A stretch of 63,979 nucleotides of DNA, filler included, from Conidiobolus incongruus B7586 (Eukaryota), in NCBI GenBank assembly GCA_000697335.1. It is 9 parts of 9 records of this genome, joined end to end, with 100 filler letters (N's around TTAATTAATTAA, not from the genome) between each part and the next. Parts side by side here need not be neighbours in the genome. Positions count along the whole stretch, not along the records: positions 49,446 to 60,373 come from JNEM01006509.1; positions 60,474 to 62,784 come from JNEM01006518.1; positions 62,885 to 63,979 come from JNEM01006719.1; 6 more parts are not named here. One strand, 5' to 3'. The notes beneath the pieces were generated by a model. It saw only the letters and a program-made list of their open reading frames with translations. It did not search any database and had not been told where the DNA came from. Shown piece by piece: positions 52,303 to 63,979 of the stretch (its first letter is position 1; each line of letters opens with the position of its first letter). A program made the position numbers and the translations under genes.

Positions 52303-52967
52303 TTAAATCCATTCCAATAATTTCAATCCACCATGGACTGCCATTCCAAACATTGACACTAAAGATAGATCAATTGGTACAACACCATATATACGTTTTT
52401 CCGGACCGTATCTTAAGTAAAAGTGATTATAAATACAGCGACTGATCTATAAAATACTTATAAGAACAACTGGTGATAACATTAATAAATAATATATCCT
52501 TACCATATATACTACTCCACTGACCGATGCTCCAATAGGATGGAACAATCCAGCTGTCAACAACAATGCTTGAGTGCAGGAATGTTGCTCAACCTACCAA
52601 GAGTGTCAATGATTACATGTATTATATTTCTAATAACTATAACTTACATAATTATGATGAACTCTTTGAGCATTGTTAAATTGTTCCCATTGATGATCAC
52701 TAAATAATGAAATTCAATCTTCATGACAATATTGCGTTGTAAGAAGAGTGACTTACGTTAATCTATCAGAATAACGACCACTACCAGTATCTGGATAAGG
52801 GACATTGAATTGTTTTCTCAACTTCAAAACGGTATAAGCACTGGCAAAGCACTGAAGGACTATACCTGCGGAGGTAAGGACCACCTAATTACAAGTTCAG
52901 TTTATGACTATTGTGCAATTGATTTGCTATTTACATATCCATATTCTTTAGGTAATTTAACAGACAT
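52303..52967 (-). CDS. MAPEG family membrane protein (microsomal GST3-like), paralog 1; 5 exons
   Basis: Manual splicing of GT-AG introns gives MSVKLPKEYGYVVLTSAG...VPYPDTGSGRYS...QFNNAQRVHHNYVEQ...AGLFHPIGA...SRCIYNHFYLRYGPEKR...LLEWI*. Confidence 0.88.
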
Positions 52968-54401
52968 TTTCAAATATTTTATTTTATAAATTAATCATTT
53001 ATTAAGGGTTTTGAGGTATTTATATATCTATTCTATGGTACTGATTCTTGTCTGTATTTTGATCAATCCCAGTTGAAAGTAATTACGGTTTTACCTTTTT
53101 GAGTATTTAATGTACCTACAGGTTGGTAGGGGTATATATAACAATTAGGTATCAATTTGTTTAATTGATTGGATTATAGAAACAGTATTAAGTCATATTT
53201 GCACACCTTTGGTTAGATGTGATATTAGATTTGATAATTACTTGATATTTATCACAAGAATTTTTCTTATAAATAAAGGAGTATAATATATTATTAGTTT
53301 ATTCTTTATTTTGTTAGCTTTTTATATTTTCAAATTCAGTCTTTAACCATAATATTCATTAAAAAATTAATCCAATCAATTTAATCAAATCTCTTGATAC
53401 TTTTCGAACTCAATGATTGGTTAATTCCAATCATAACAAATAATCAATAAAAATAAATTAAAAATCCTTGAAAATTTTGTAATAAACCAATATCTACTTC
53501 TTTTATTGGTAATATACAATTAAAATAATTTAAATATATTGATTGATATTAATTTTAATTATTTTTCAAATTTCAGTCAATAATAATAAATTTTTGGAGA
53601 AAATTATTAAATTTGATTATCACCACAGTTTTTTGGACCTAAAAAAAGAAATCGAAAAGCACCAGCCAATAGGAATTGCTAAAATTTAATAAAAAATATC
53701 GGAATGGACAAAATTCCAACGACTGCCCAGTAGTTGTTTTCCTAATATAGTAAACATCTACTTAAAAGTATTTTTTCAAAGATTTTATTTCGCTTAATGT
53801 AGTAAAACTAATTGCACTCAAAATTGTAAAATGTGACAGAAAAAATCTTTAGTAGTGATATTTTTATGATTAAATTTATGTTTGAGAATAATTTTGTTTC
53901 AATTTTGCTAAAAAATAATACAAAACTTGTCATATATGATTAGTATTATATAATAAGAAATACTTATTTTTTTTATTTCTATATAACAAAAATCGAAACA
54001 CATTCAAATATTATATTGGTTACTTTGCTAACAATATTATTTATTCATTATTAATTTTAAATAAAATATATAAAATAAAGTTAGATTATTATTATTATTA
54101 TATTAATTAATTAATTAATTTTGAAATTAATTTTATGTTCTAAAAGTTGCAGATTCAAAAATCTGATATTTAAAGCAAAATATTATTTCAATGTCAATAA
54201 GTAGTTCAAAACATTATATATTATCAATTGCAAATTACTCAAATTTATATTATTAAGTTTGATAGATATTAAATAACAATCAATCCAAGATAAAAAAATG
54301 CAATCCATTTCAAATATCAATAGCAATGATATTGAGATTATCTTATTGAAATATTATATATTAAATAAAAATGAATTAGAGCAAGTTAAATGCTAATCAA
54401 A

Positions 54402-55052
54402 TTAAATCCATCCAATAAATTTCAAGCTACCGTGGATAGAGAAGCCCAACATGGCGACTAAAGCGCCATCGAGAGCAAGAGCACCATATAAACGACCTTC
54501 AGGTCCCTTCTTCAAGTATCCATTAGCATAGATTTGACGACCAATCTAATTATTATTATTAATATAATAATAGACATATGTGATTAAAATATTACCATAT
54601 AGACAACAGCACTGATAGAGGAACCAATAGGATGGAAGAGACCACCAACGATTAATAAAACTTGAGTCAAAGAGTGTTGTTCAACCTATATATTGATATT
54701 AGATAAGGTATATTTGAGTTGTGATCACTTACGTAATTGTGGTGAACACGTTGGGCGTTGTTGAATTGAGTCCATTGCTCATCACTAAATTCAGTGTAAA
54801 TTACTTATAATCATATAGATAGATATATTGACTTACGTCAACTTGGCAGCGTGACGACCACTACCAGTATCGGGGTAGGGGACGTTGAGTTGTTTTCTCA
54901 ACTTACTGACGGGGAAAGCACTAAAAAAGCATTGAACAGCAATAGCAACAGAAGAAAGGAGGACCTATTTATTGTATTAAAATTATAGTTGAATAGATTG
55001 ATGATTATTTATGTATTACGTAGCCGAAGTCTTTAGAAACGGTTAAAGTCAT
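54402..55052 (-). CDS. MAPEG family membrane protein (microsomal GST3-like), paralog 2; 5 exons
   Basis: MTLTVSKDFGYVLLSS...VPYPDTGSGRH...QFNNAQRVHHNYVEQ...GGLFHPIG...IGRQIYANGYLKKGPEGR...FIGWI*; four introns at the same positions as paralog 1. Confidence 0.92.
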
Positions 55053-55994
55053 TTTATATTATTGATTATATTTTTTAATTTAATAATTATTCAAATTTCT
55101 AGATATCGATTATATTTATAGTAATCGAAGTAATTAAACGTTGATCTGTAATAATATCAATCACACTCATTTCGGACCACTTTATTCACTGTTGGAACTT
55201 TAAAGTCAAATAATTTTTCATTAGTCATAAATACTTGACATCTGTTGATTGGGTAAACTCCAACAAAAAGATCTCAAGTGACTGTATCTAACGAATATTC
55301 TAGATATATTTAGTGTTGAATTAGATCTTCATATAAATATAAATTAAAATTTTCACATGAAATAATTTTGATTTGTCAGGCAGATTTAAGTCGGGAAATC
55401 TATTTCAATTTATTTGTTAGATGGTTTTAGTTTGTTGAAATTTTCCACATCAATTAATATCTTGGATTTATAATAAAATGTAACAGATTCCGATATCAGA
55501 TATTGTCATTTGTAGAAAAGGAACTTATTTTACTTTGACAATTATTTTAACCAAAATCAATACATTTTTAATTGTAGTTGATTCATTAAGTTAATCAATT
55601 TTAATAAATAATTATTTTTAATAAAAATGTTTTTTCCGCAATATTTTGAGAGTATATTAAAATTTTTTGAAAACAATAATAAATAGAATACTATTTGATA
55701 AATTTTTCAATTAAATCATTTTTATAATAGATATGTTTCGTATACTATAAAAATTATAATGAAAATGGTTTTGAATTAAATTTTCCACTTCATGTTAAAT
55801 ATGAATTCATTTATGAAATAATGTGTACAATATACTGTATCAAACATAATATTATATTAAAATATCATTTTTAAATTAATTGAAATATTTTATAAATCGT
55901 ATCAAATATATAATATGTGTTAATGTAAGAGGAATGAATAAGGTGATAGATATATATATATGAATGTGTTTATATGAAAAATTTATATAATACT

Positions 55995-56659
55995 TTAAAT
56001 CCAACCGAGTAATTTCAAACTACCATGAACTGAAAATCCTAGCATAGCAATTAAAGATAAATCAATAGGAATGACGCCCCAAACACGTCCCTTTGCACCT
56101 TGGCTCAAGTATCCACGAGCATAAATATGACGTCCAACCTATAATAATGGGAATTAATTAATAATTATAATTTTCTATGATTTAATCAATCTTACAATGT
56201 AAACAGCACCAGCAATAGCAGCGCGGATGGGTTGGAAAACACCAGCAGTTAATAAGAGAGTTTGAACAATAGAATGTTGTTCAACCTATTAATAGATCTT
56301 AAGTCGCATTATTTTCATAAGCTGATATTAACACTTACATAGTTGTGATGGACCCTTTGGGCATTGTTGAATTTTTCCCATTCTGCGTCACTAAAATAAT
56401 TATGAATAATTGTGTCCTGATTTCAAAATATGTGATCACTTGCCTCAATTTGGTAGTGTGACGACCGTTGCCAGTGTCTGGATAAGGAACATTGAGTTGT
56501 TTTCTCAATTTGGAAACAGGAAAAGCACTAAAAAAGCATTGCAGAGCAATAGCACTAGATGAAAGAAGGACCTATTAATTTGATCAATAAATCAATTCAA
56601 CGTCAAGATCAAAGGATATGTATTACGTAGCCGAAATCTTGAGAAATTGCTAAAGTCAT
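55995..56659 (-). CDS. MAPEG family membrane protein (microsomal GST3-like), paralog 3; 5 exons, one GC-AG intron
   Basis: MTLAISQDFGYVLLSS...VPYPDTGNGRH...KFNNAQRVHHNYVEQ...VGRHIYARGYLSQGAKGR...LLGWI*; intron 2 (56391-56443) has donor AG|GCAAGT. Confidence 0.9.
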
Positions 56660-58820
56660 TATTAATTGATTGGTCTAATATTTATAATTATGCTTTAATA
56701 TATGATGGTTTTCTAAGTATTTATATATTAATCAAATTTCATTACATTCACCCACATTTGTCATCATGTTTATAGTCGGGAATGATTTTCGGGTTATCTA
56801 AAAGCTAGGAATATTAATGTAATTCCGAACCAATTTCAGATTTAATAATTATAATTATTCAAGTGATCTTCATATATATCATATAACTCAAATTGCAGAG
56901 TGTTGTTGTATCACTATTTATTCATTTTTCTTAAATAATAATGTATCAAAAATGTTAGATGAGTTCCATTATTTTAGTTAAAAGGAAAAATATGAAAAAT
57001 TTCCAAATTTGGTATAATTCAAACATTCATTTTTTTTAAATTTCCAAAATGAATTTATATAATTAAAACCATTCATTATAAATTTTGAAATATCCAAATT
57101 AGACTTCCATGATATATTTGGATTATTTTAAATACTATATATATATTGCATAGGTTATACAATAAAATAATATTAATTTTTAATATTTTATAATAAACAT
57201 GAAATTTTAAAATTCTAGAATAAATTGGAATAAATTTAAAGATTTAATTTTTGGCTTCATTGCAAAAGGATTTTCATTCTAATTAATATAATGCAATGTT
57301 TAAATTAGAAAAAAAAATGATTTATTTGAAATTGACCTTATTATGGAATTTTCACTAACAATTTGTGAATTTTTATATTGTTCTGTTTAAAAATTATTTA
57401 CAATTAATAAAATAATAAGAATTTTACTAACCTATATTACCAAAAACGGAGAATTCATAATATTTCGTAGAAGATATTGATCATCACAGTCCTCCCATAG
57501 ATAAAAATCATTTTTAAATGGTGGATGTATTGTAATCATCATTTTTTGGACATGAAATTAGCGGTTTATTTTGGTAAAGCTTAATGCCAAAACTAATTAT
57601 ATATAGATCATAATTAATACATTTTAAAATATATACAAAAGATTGGAATATTTAATTAACATTACTAAAATTTGTTATTAATTACAAATTTTTAAAACAC
57701 AAGTATTTATTTTGAAATTAAAAAAATTATAAGTTTAGCTATTAATATATGGATTAAATAATATGATTATCTCATTCGTTCTTTTTATTAACAAATCTTA
57801 ATATCTTGTCCCAAATTCAAATACAAAAATAATTTAGTAACGATTGTGAGTAATCTATCAATCTGTTCAAAGTTCACACATATATTTAACATTTTTATAA
57901 ATACTAAAAAGCACAAATTTATATATTATAAATTATTATTATCAACTATGCCAATACTCTACACGTATATCCTTTATTCAGTTTTTAGATTATTAACCTT
58001 CCAAACAAAAATTTCAAAAAGATTTTGAATCAATATAATTATATCATGATTCAAAATCTAATATAATGAAATACATTTTTTATATTAGTCAATATTGTTC
58101 CATGCAATATTTTTAAACAATTTTTAGAATTGTAAATATTACAAAATATAAACTTTGAATTTTATTTTTGATATATGATATTATTTTGAAATTGTGTATT
58201 TAATCTTTGATAATATCTGTATATTTGAAAATTATAATAAAAGACAAATTGAGAATAATGGATTTTGAAGACAATATACAAGCTGTTGTTGATCTAATTT
58301 TTGAAGTATTAAGTTCCAAAATATACTATAATAATATAGATTTCAATGTAATAATTTTTTAAACATATATAATTAATTTCACTAAACTTATTATCTTGAT
58401 ATATTATTAAGCAAAGTTAAAATATAATTTTCATCATTAACAGTATTAGGATTATTTATAAATTATATTGTGAATCTTATTTATATTGTTATAATATATA
58501 TGCATTTATTTGAGTTTATTATAATTATTATTTTTATAAATTCATTTCGAAATATTCAGTTTACCTTATAATTAAATATATTTAAATTCCTATTAAATTT
58601 TGAGATTCATTGGCATTCTACTATATAAACAACAAGTAAATAAATATTCAATTTTATTATTATATAATCTTTATTAATATTATTAAATACTTAATTTATA
58701 ATTTAACTAATTAATGTTTCCTTTATTTTGTTAGGATATAAATCCAATTTTATAATATTTTTCATCAAATACATAGTTGTGTAGATTATAAAAATTGTCA
58801 GAAAATAAGTGAATAGAACC

Positions 58821-59207
58821 TCAGTATAGGGTATTATACCCAGATGATGGCACTGAGACCAGTGAGATAGAGATATCAGGGATGTTGAGATGCTTGATGG
58901 TTAGCAGGAGGTATTCAGGATCGTGCAATTTATTACCTGAAGAAATGACCACATATGTTTGGTTATAACATAGTGGTTTAAGGCCGAAAGCAGTGAGATA
59001 TTGGTTTGGGCTATATTGGTCAAGAATATGAAATTGGTGAACTAGCGATACTTTGCATGGTAGTTTCATATCTTGGTTGATCAATTGTAACAACTCTTGT
59101 TTTTTGGTAAGATGTTTGTTAATTAAGGAAGTGAAGTAAGTAAAGATATTCACAATAAGTTGTTGGGGATTGAAGTAAGAGAGTGTGAGATAATTTGGGG
59201 TGAACAT
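58821..59207 (-). pseudogene. Unidentified coding-like remnant
   Basis: 128-aa ORF in a GC-richer island. The frame continues ~29 codons past the TGA, and upstream sequence looks like decayed coding DNA. No family recognised. Confidence 0.3.
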
Positions 59208-60473
59208 TATTAATATTACTGATATAATAATAACCAGAGAGTAAAAGATATTGCTTAATATTTTAGCAATAAAAAAAGAGATAAATTCAATCCATTAAGA
59301 TTTAATCTAGGTTTATTAATAATAAAAGGGGTTGGAATTAAGGAATAAAAAACTAAAATTAGGTAAGGTATAAAAAAATAGGTGAAAAATGATTCAATCG
59401 AAGATTATTAAAACTCAATAGTCTTTAAGGTAAGTTATAAGGTTTAATTGTGAGTAGGGAATGGTAATAAATTATAATATTTAATATTATAGTTTGTTGT
59501 AAATTATGAGTTTATTTTTAATTTAAGAGAGAAATTTTTATCAAGAAATCAGGATTTAAAATATAATAATATTAGATCTTTATTTTTTTAATATTATATT
59601 AATTTAATTACTATTTTAGTTATTATGTTTTAAAGTTGGATTTTTGATAATAATAATAATATCATTACTATTATAATTGATTTAAATATATGAAATCCTA
59701 ATCTAATCATTCTATAAAGTTATATAATTCAAAGGAAAAAATTGAAGATAAATTTATAATTTCAATATTTTATAATATATAATAGTATTATTTTATATTA
59801 TTATCATATTTATTTTGCTTATTAATATTATTAAGATATTAGCTATATATATAATAGATTTAGCTTATTATTTTAATAATTTTAAAAGTTAATTTTCTAA
59901 AATATTTTATAAAAAATATATTTAAACTTTTTATTACTAAAGTTTAAAATTAATATGTTTATTTTAAATTTTTCTTTTTAAAATATCATTAGTATTATAT
60001 CTATTTAAACAAAAAATCAAATATTGGATCCAAATTATTATAAATTTTATCAAATATTTAAAATAATGTTTTTTTATTAGACTAGAAATATATATAATAT
60101 TTTCCTATATTATTAATAAAACACACTATATAAGTATATATAAATGATATATAAATAAACCATATATTTAGTCTAATGATAAACCTAAATTATTTTTAAG
60201 TTATTATTATAACTAATATTATTAAAGATAATATATAAAAGAATAAATTTTTGAATATAATTCTATTTAATCAATATTTTAAATAAAGATAATAAAAGCT
60301 ACATTATATTATATAACTTATTTTAATTTTCTATTTAATAAACTATTGATATTATCATAATATTTTATATATTNNNNNNNNNNNNNNNNNNNNNNNNNNN
60401 NNNNNNNNNNNNNNNNNTTAATTAATTAANNNNNNNNNNNNNNNNNNNNNNNNNNNNNNNNNNNNNNNNNNNN

Positions 60474-60600
60474 TTAGAGGGTTTATGGTTAAGTTTTACT
60501 GATACCAAAATAAAAGACTTTTGATGATCACTATTTGGTTTAAGCATGATTAAATTAAACAACCAATTTTAAAAAGTTAATTTTTTAATCAAAAAAACTA

Positions 60601-60632
<32 letters not shown>

Positions 60633-60738
60633 TATATAATTTCCTATTAACTTTGTATATATTTATTCATTTCAAACTAATAATATGTTTGAAAAATCGG
60701 AAATTAAAAAATTTCCCATTATTTCAAATTCAAGGTAA
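60474..60738 (-). mobile_element. Tc1/mariner element 5' end (cut by gap), least mutated copy
   Basis: Reverse complement matches 50793-51048; TIR ...aaattcaaggtaa followed by TA. Confidence 0.88.
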
Positions 60739-63700
60739 TAATAGTAAAATTCAATTCAACAACAGCTTAATAGACAGTTGTAGTAAAAGTAATTAATCCT
60801 TAATCTCATCAAATTATTTTGAATATTTTTCAGAGAAATTGATGTGTTACCTGCAATTTTTTGATTGATACTAGATGAATATGGTAAATCTTTCTAATCT
60901 TGACGGCAATCATTATATCGTGATTAAATAGTCTTTACTTTCTTGTAATGCTTGATAATTTACTTAACTGCGCCTATTTGATCGTCGAAATAATCCGAAA
61001 TCATTTATATGAATTGTTTTTTAGATGGAATTTAATGATCCTAATCATAGTATCAATTGATACTGCTTGGGTTGAAAGATTTATATTATTTTTAACCTTC
61101 ATGGTTGTATAAACTAAACTATTAATCCAACAAATATAATTCAACGTTATCTGATTTTAGTGCGATTTGTAAAGTATTAATAAAATATACACATTCTGAT
61201 TAAAATTATTTATATTATTGTATTTAAATTTTATAATTATATATTTTTTTCAATATATATATATATATATATTAAACAATTCAACAAATTTGATTTGAAA
61301 ATGCAAAGAATTAATTACTTATTAATGTTTAGTATTTGATTCAAATATAATTTGTACTAATCATATTGAAATGTGAAAAATTAAAATTTGTATTTTATTA
61401 TAGTTATCGAATCTTATTAATCATTTTATATTTTGATAATATTGAAGTTAATATTCGAAAATTATTAATATTATATCATTACCCATAAAATGATTTCCTT
61501 TAAATATCCAATAGACTAAGGTTTAAAATTAATGGCAAAAGAGTAAGAGTACTAGAACTAAATAAATTCAATATATGGAATCTCATATTTATTTTGAACA
61601 AAATAAAATAAATAAGAATTTAATATATATTTTTTAATCCTATGGATTACAAAAGGGAAAAATGACCTATCAAGACAACTATTAACGTAATAGAAATTTA
61701 TATAATATTTGTAAGAAAGTTGAAATTTAATTAAATAGGTTCAAACAAGAGTTATTATTATAATTGATTTAATCAAATGGTTATTTTGATGGAGAATCAA
61801 AAAAACTTTCTATACAATCAAGTTCTTTACTATAAATTAAAAAATATTTTATTTTTTATTATAGTAATAAATTAAATGTATAGTTAAAAAATTCAAAGAC
61901 TAAATATATAAAAAATAATTTTTAGTTTGGAAAGTCATAAATAATAATTCCTTAAAATATTGAATACTTGGAAAATTATTATAAGAGTTAAATTCTTATT
62001 AATATATCTATTTTAGGTACTAATTAAAAGTCCTAAAACTTTATTAGCAAAGTTAATATAAAAAAGAAAATAAAAAATATTCTCTATAATATTAATAAAA
62101 ATTATAACAAGTTATAATTATTTTTTAAGTTAATTAAGAATAAAAAAATTTAAAAATCTAAATCAATATTATCAAAAATATAATATTTCTGATAATATAA
62201 TTCAAATTTGATTATATTGAAATAATATTATTAAATTTTAAGTTAAATAATATTTTGGAAAATTTATTTAAATAGATAGGATAATTATATTTAACTAAAT
62301 AACAGGTAATTTATTAATATAATAATAAAAATATATTAAAAGCTTTTTATTAATTTGATTTTTAAACAAAATTATAATATTAACTAATTATTTGATATAT
62401 AAAGATAAATTAAAATATTTCCATCTTTTGTACAAAGTTGATAATATCTAAGAAACCTATTAATTTATTAAAATACAATAATAAACGTGGTTTTAATTAA
62501 TTATTATTATATTAAAGATTTTTTTTTATTAAATTAAATAATACTCTGTAATATAAATAATATATCTAATATAAATCTTTTCTGTTTTAGATTTATTTTT
62601 ATTATAATTTGTGAAATTAGAAAAGGTTTATTATTTAAAGCCAAAACCTTATATGGTAATTTATAATTTAATTAAACTGTTAATATTATATATTTGAAAT
62701 TATTGAAATAAATTGATCTGATAATATAACCATATTTATTTCTTAAATATTTAATAACCTAATATATTTAATATTAACTTTTATNNNNNNNNNNNNNNNN
62801 NNNNNNNNNNNNNNNNNNNNNNNNNNNNTTAATTAATTAANNNNNNNNNNNNNNNNNNNNNNNNNNNNNNNNNNNNNNNNNNNNTATTATTTTATTTTGA
62901 AATATATCAAATTAGCTAATTTTCTAATTTAAACTGATAATTAAATTTTATTAAAAAATTCAAATATAAGTTAGATATTATTTAAAATATATTAAAATAA
63001 AATATTATTATCAAATTAAATTAATATCAAATAATTTCGATAAAATATATATTAATTATTTTTTTAAATTTATTATATCTTTATAATATAATAACTTGAA
63101 TTATTTTGTTTAGTTTATTATTTGAATATAATATTATTAAAATTTTAAATATATAAATATTTTATATATTAATATAAAAGATTAATAGATTTTTTATAGC
63201 TATTATCAAGGCCAAATAAATACAAATTGACTATAGGCTTAAGTAGCCATGCATAATATTCCCCAAAAATATTGATGACATGAAATATTATCACTATTGT
63301 TAGAATTTTTTAACTTATTTTTAATTTCTATTATAATCTGAGTTTTAACCATTTGCAGAAAAAATTTAATACAAATAATGAACTATATAGTATAAGATAT
63401 AATTTAATTAGGAGTGAAGGAAAAAGAATACCATCTTTCTTAATCTTATTAAATATGGATTTACCAAATAGCCAATTCCATATTATAACTATTTTTTCAA
63501 AATCTTAAATAAAATTTTATATTATCCTATTTGACTATAGTCAATATGTTTTATTAATAAGGAAAATAGATGTTCTGTTTAAAATATAATTTTTAAGCAA
63601 ATTGGGTATTTATAATTAACTAGATAATAAAATTAGTAATCAAATTATAGTAAATTTAGGTGGTTTTGCTAATAAAAAATAATGTCTTCAAATCAATTAG

Positions 63701-63979
63701 TAATTAATACTTTGATTTGGATAGTGGAATTAATTTGTTCTTAAAAAAAAATAAATATGCATTTGTTTACTAAATAATTATTAATATTAAATAAATAGAT
63801 TAATAATGAAAATGTATTTCAATAGTAATATAGATTTAATATAGGTTAAATTAAAATTAATATTAAAATATATTCAATATTATTAATAATAATATTTAAT
63901 TAAATATAATAATATTTGAATTATCTTAAAATTATAATTTTTAATATTATTTATTTTAATTTATAAATTAATATTTTTT

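Noticed and set aside
1..63979. CRISPR arrays, rRNA, tRNA or prokaryotic operons
   Set aside because: No regularly spaced repeat-spacer array or RNA-gene signature seen; spliceosomal introns and LTR elements indicate a eukaryotic nuclear sequence.

Overview
Very AT-rich eukaryotic scaffold built from 9 contigs, joined by eight 100-bp spacers (44 N + TTAATTAATTAA + 44 N). It is probably fungal; an early-diverging, Conidiobolus-like lineage is my inference from gene content, ~50-60-nt introns and composition. Host genes: a Ser-rich coiled-coil orphan, a YVC1/TRPY1-type channel, a secreted S28 peptidase, two identical 5'-truncated WrbA-type quinone reductases, two copies of a secreted Asp/Tyr/Arg-rich protein each followed by a repeat-expanded pseudogene paralog, and three tandem intron-containing MAPEG (MGST3-like) genes missed by the ORF track. 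Mobile DNA: a decayed Ty3/Gypsy element with three full solo LTRs (one nested in another) plus a fragment, a second near-erased LTR element, and three mariner copies. Two things stand out. (1) The contig 19065-35698 is a palindrome with ~5.6-kb near-identical arms whose identity ends inside the signal peptides of two divergent paralogs. (2) The transposons carry a strong RIP-like C->T/G->A signature (CpG loss and CpA/TpG->TpA), while intact host genes keep CpG. All comparisons were made by eye.
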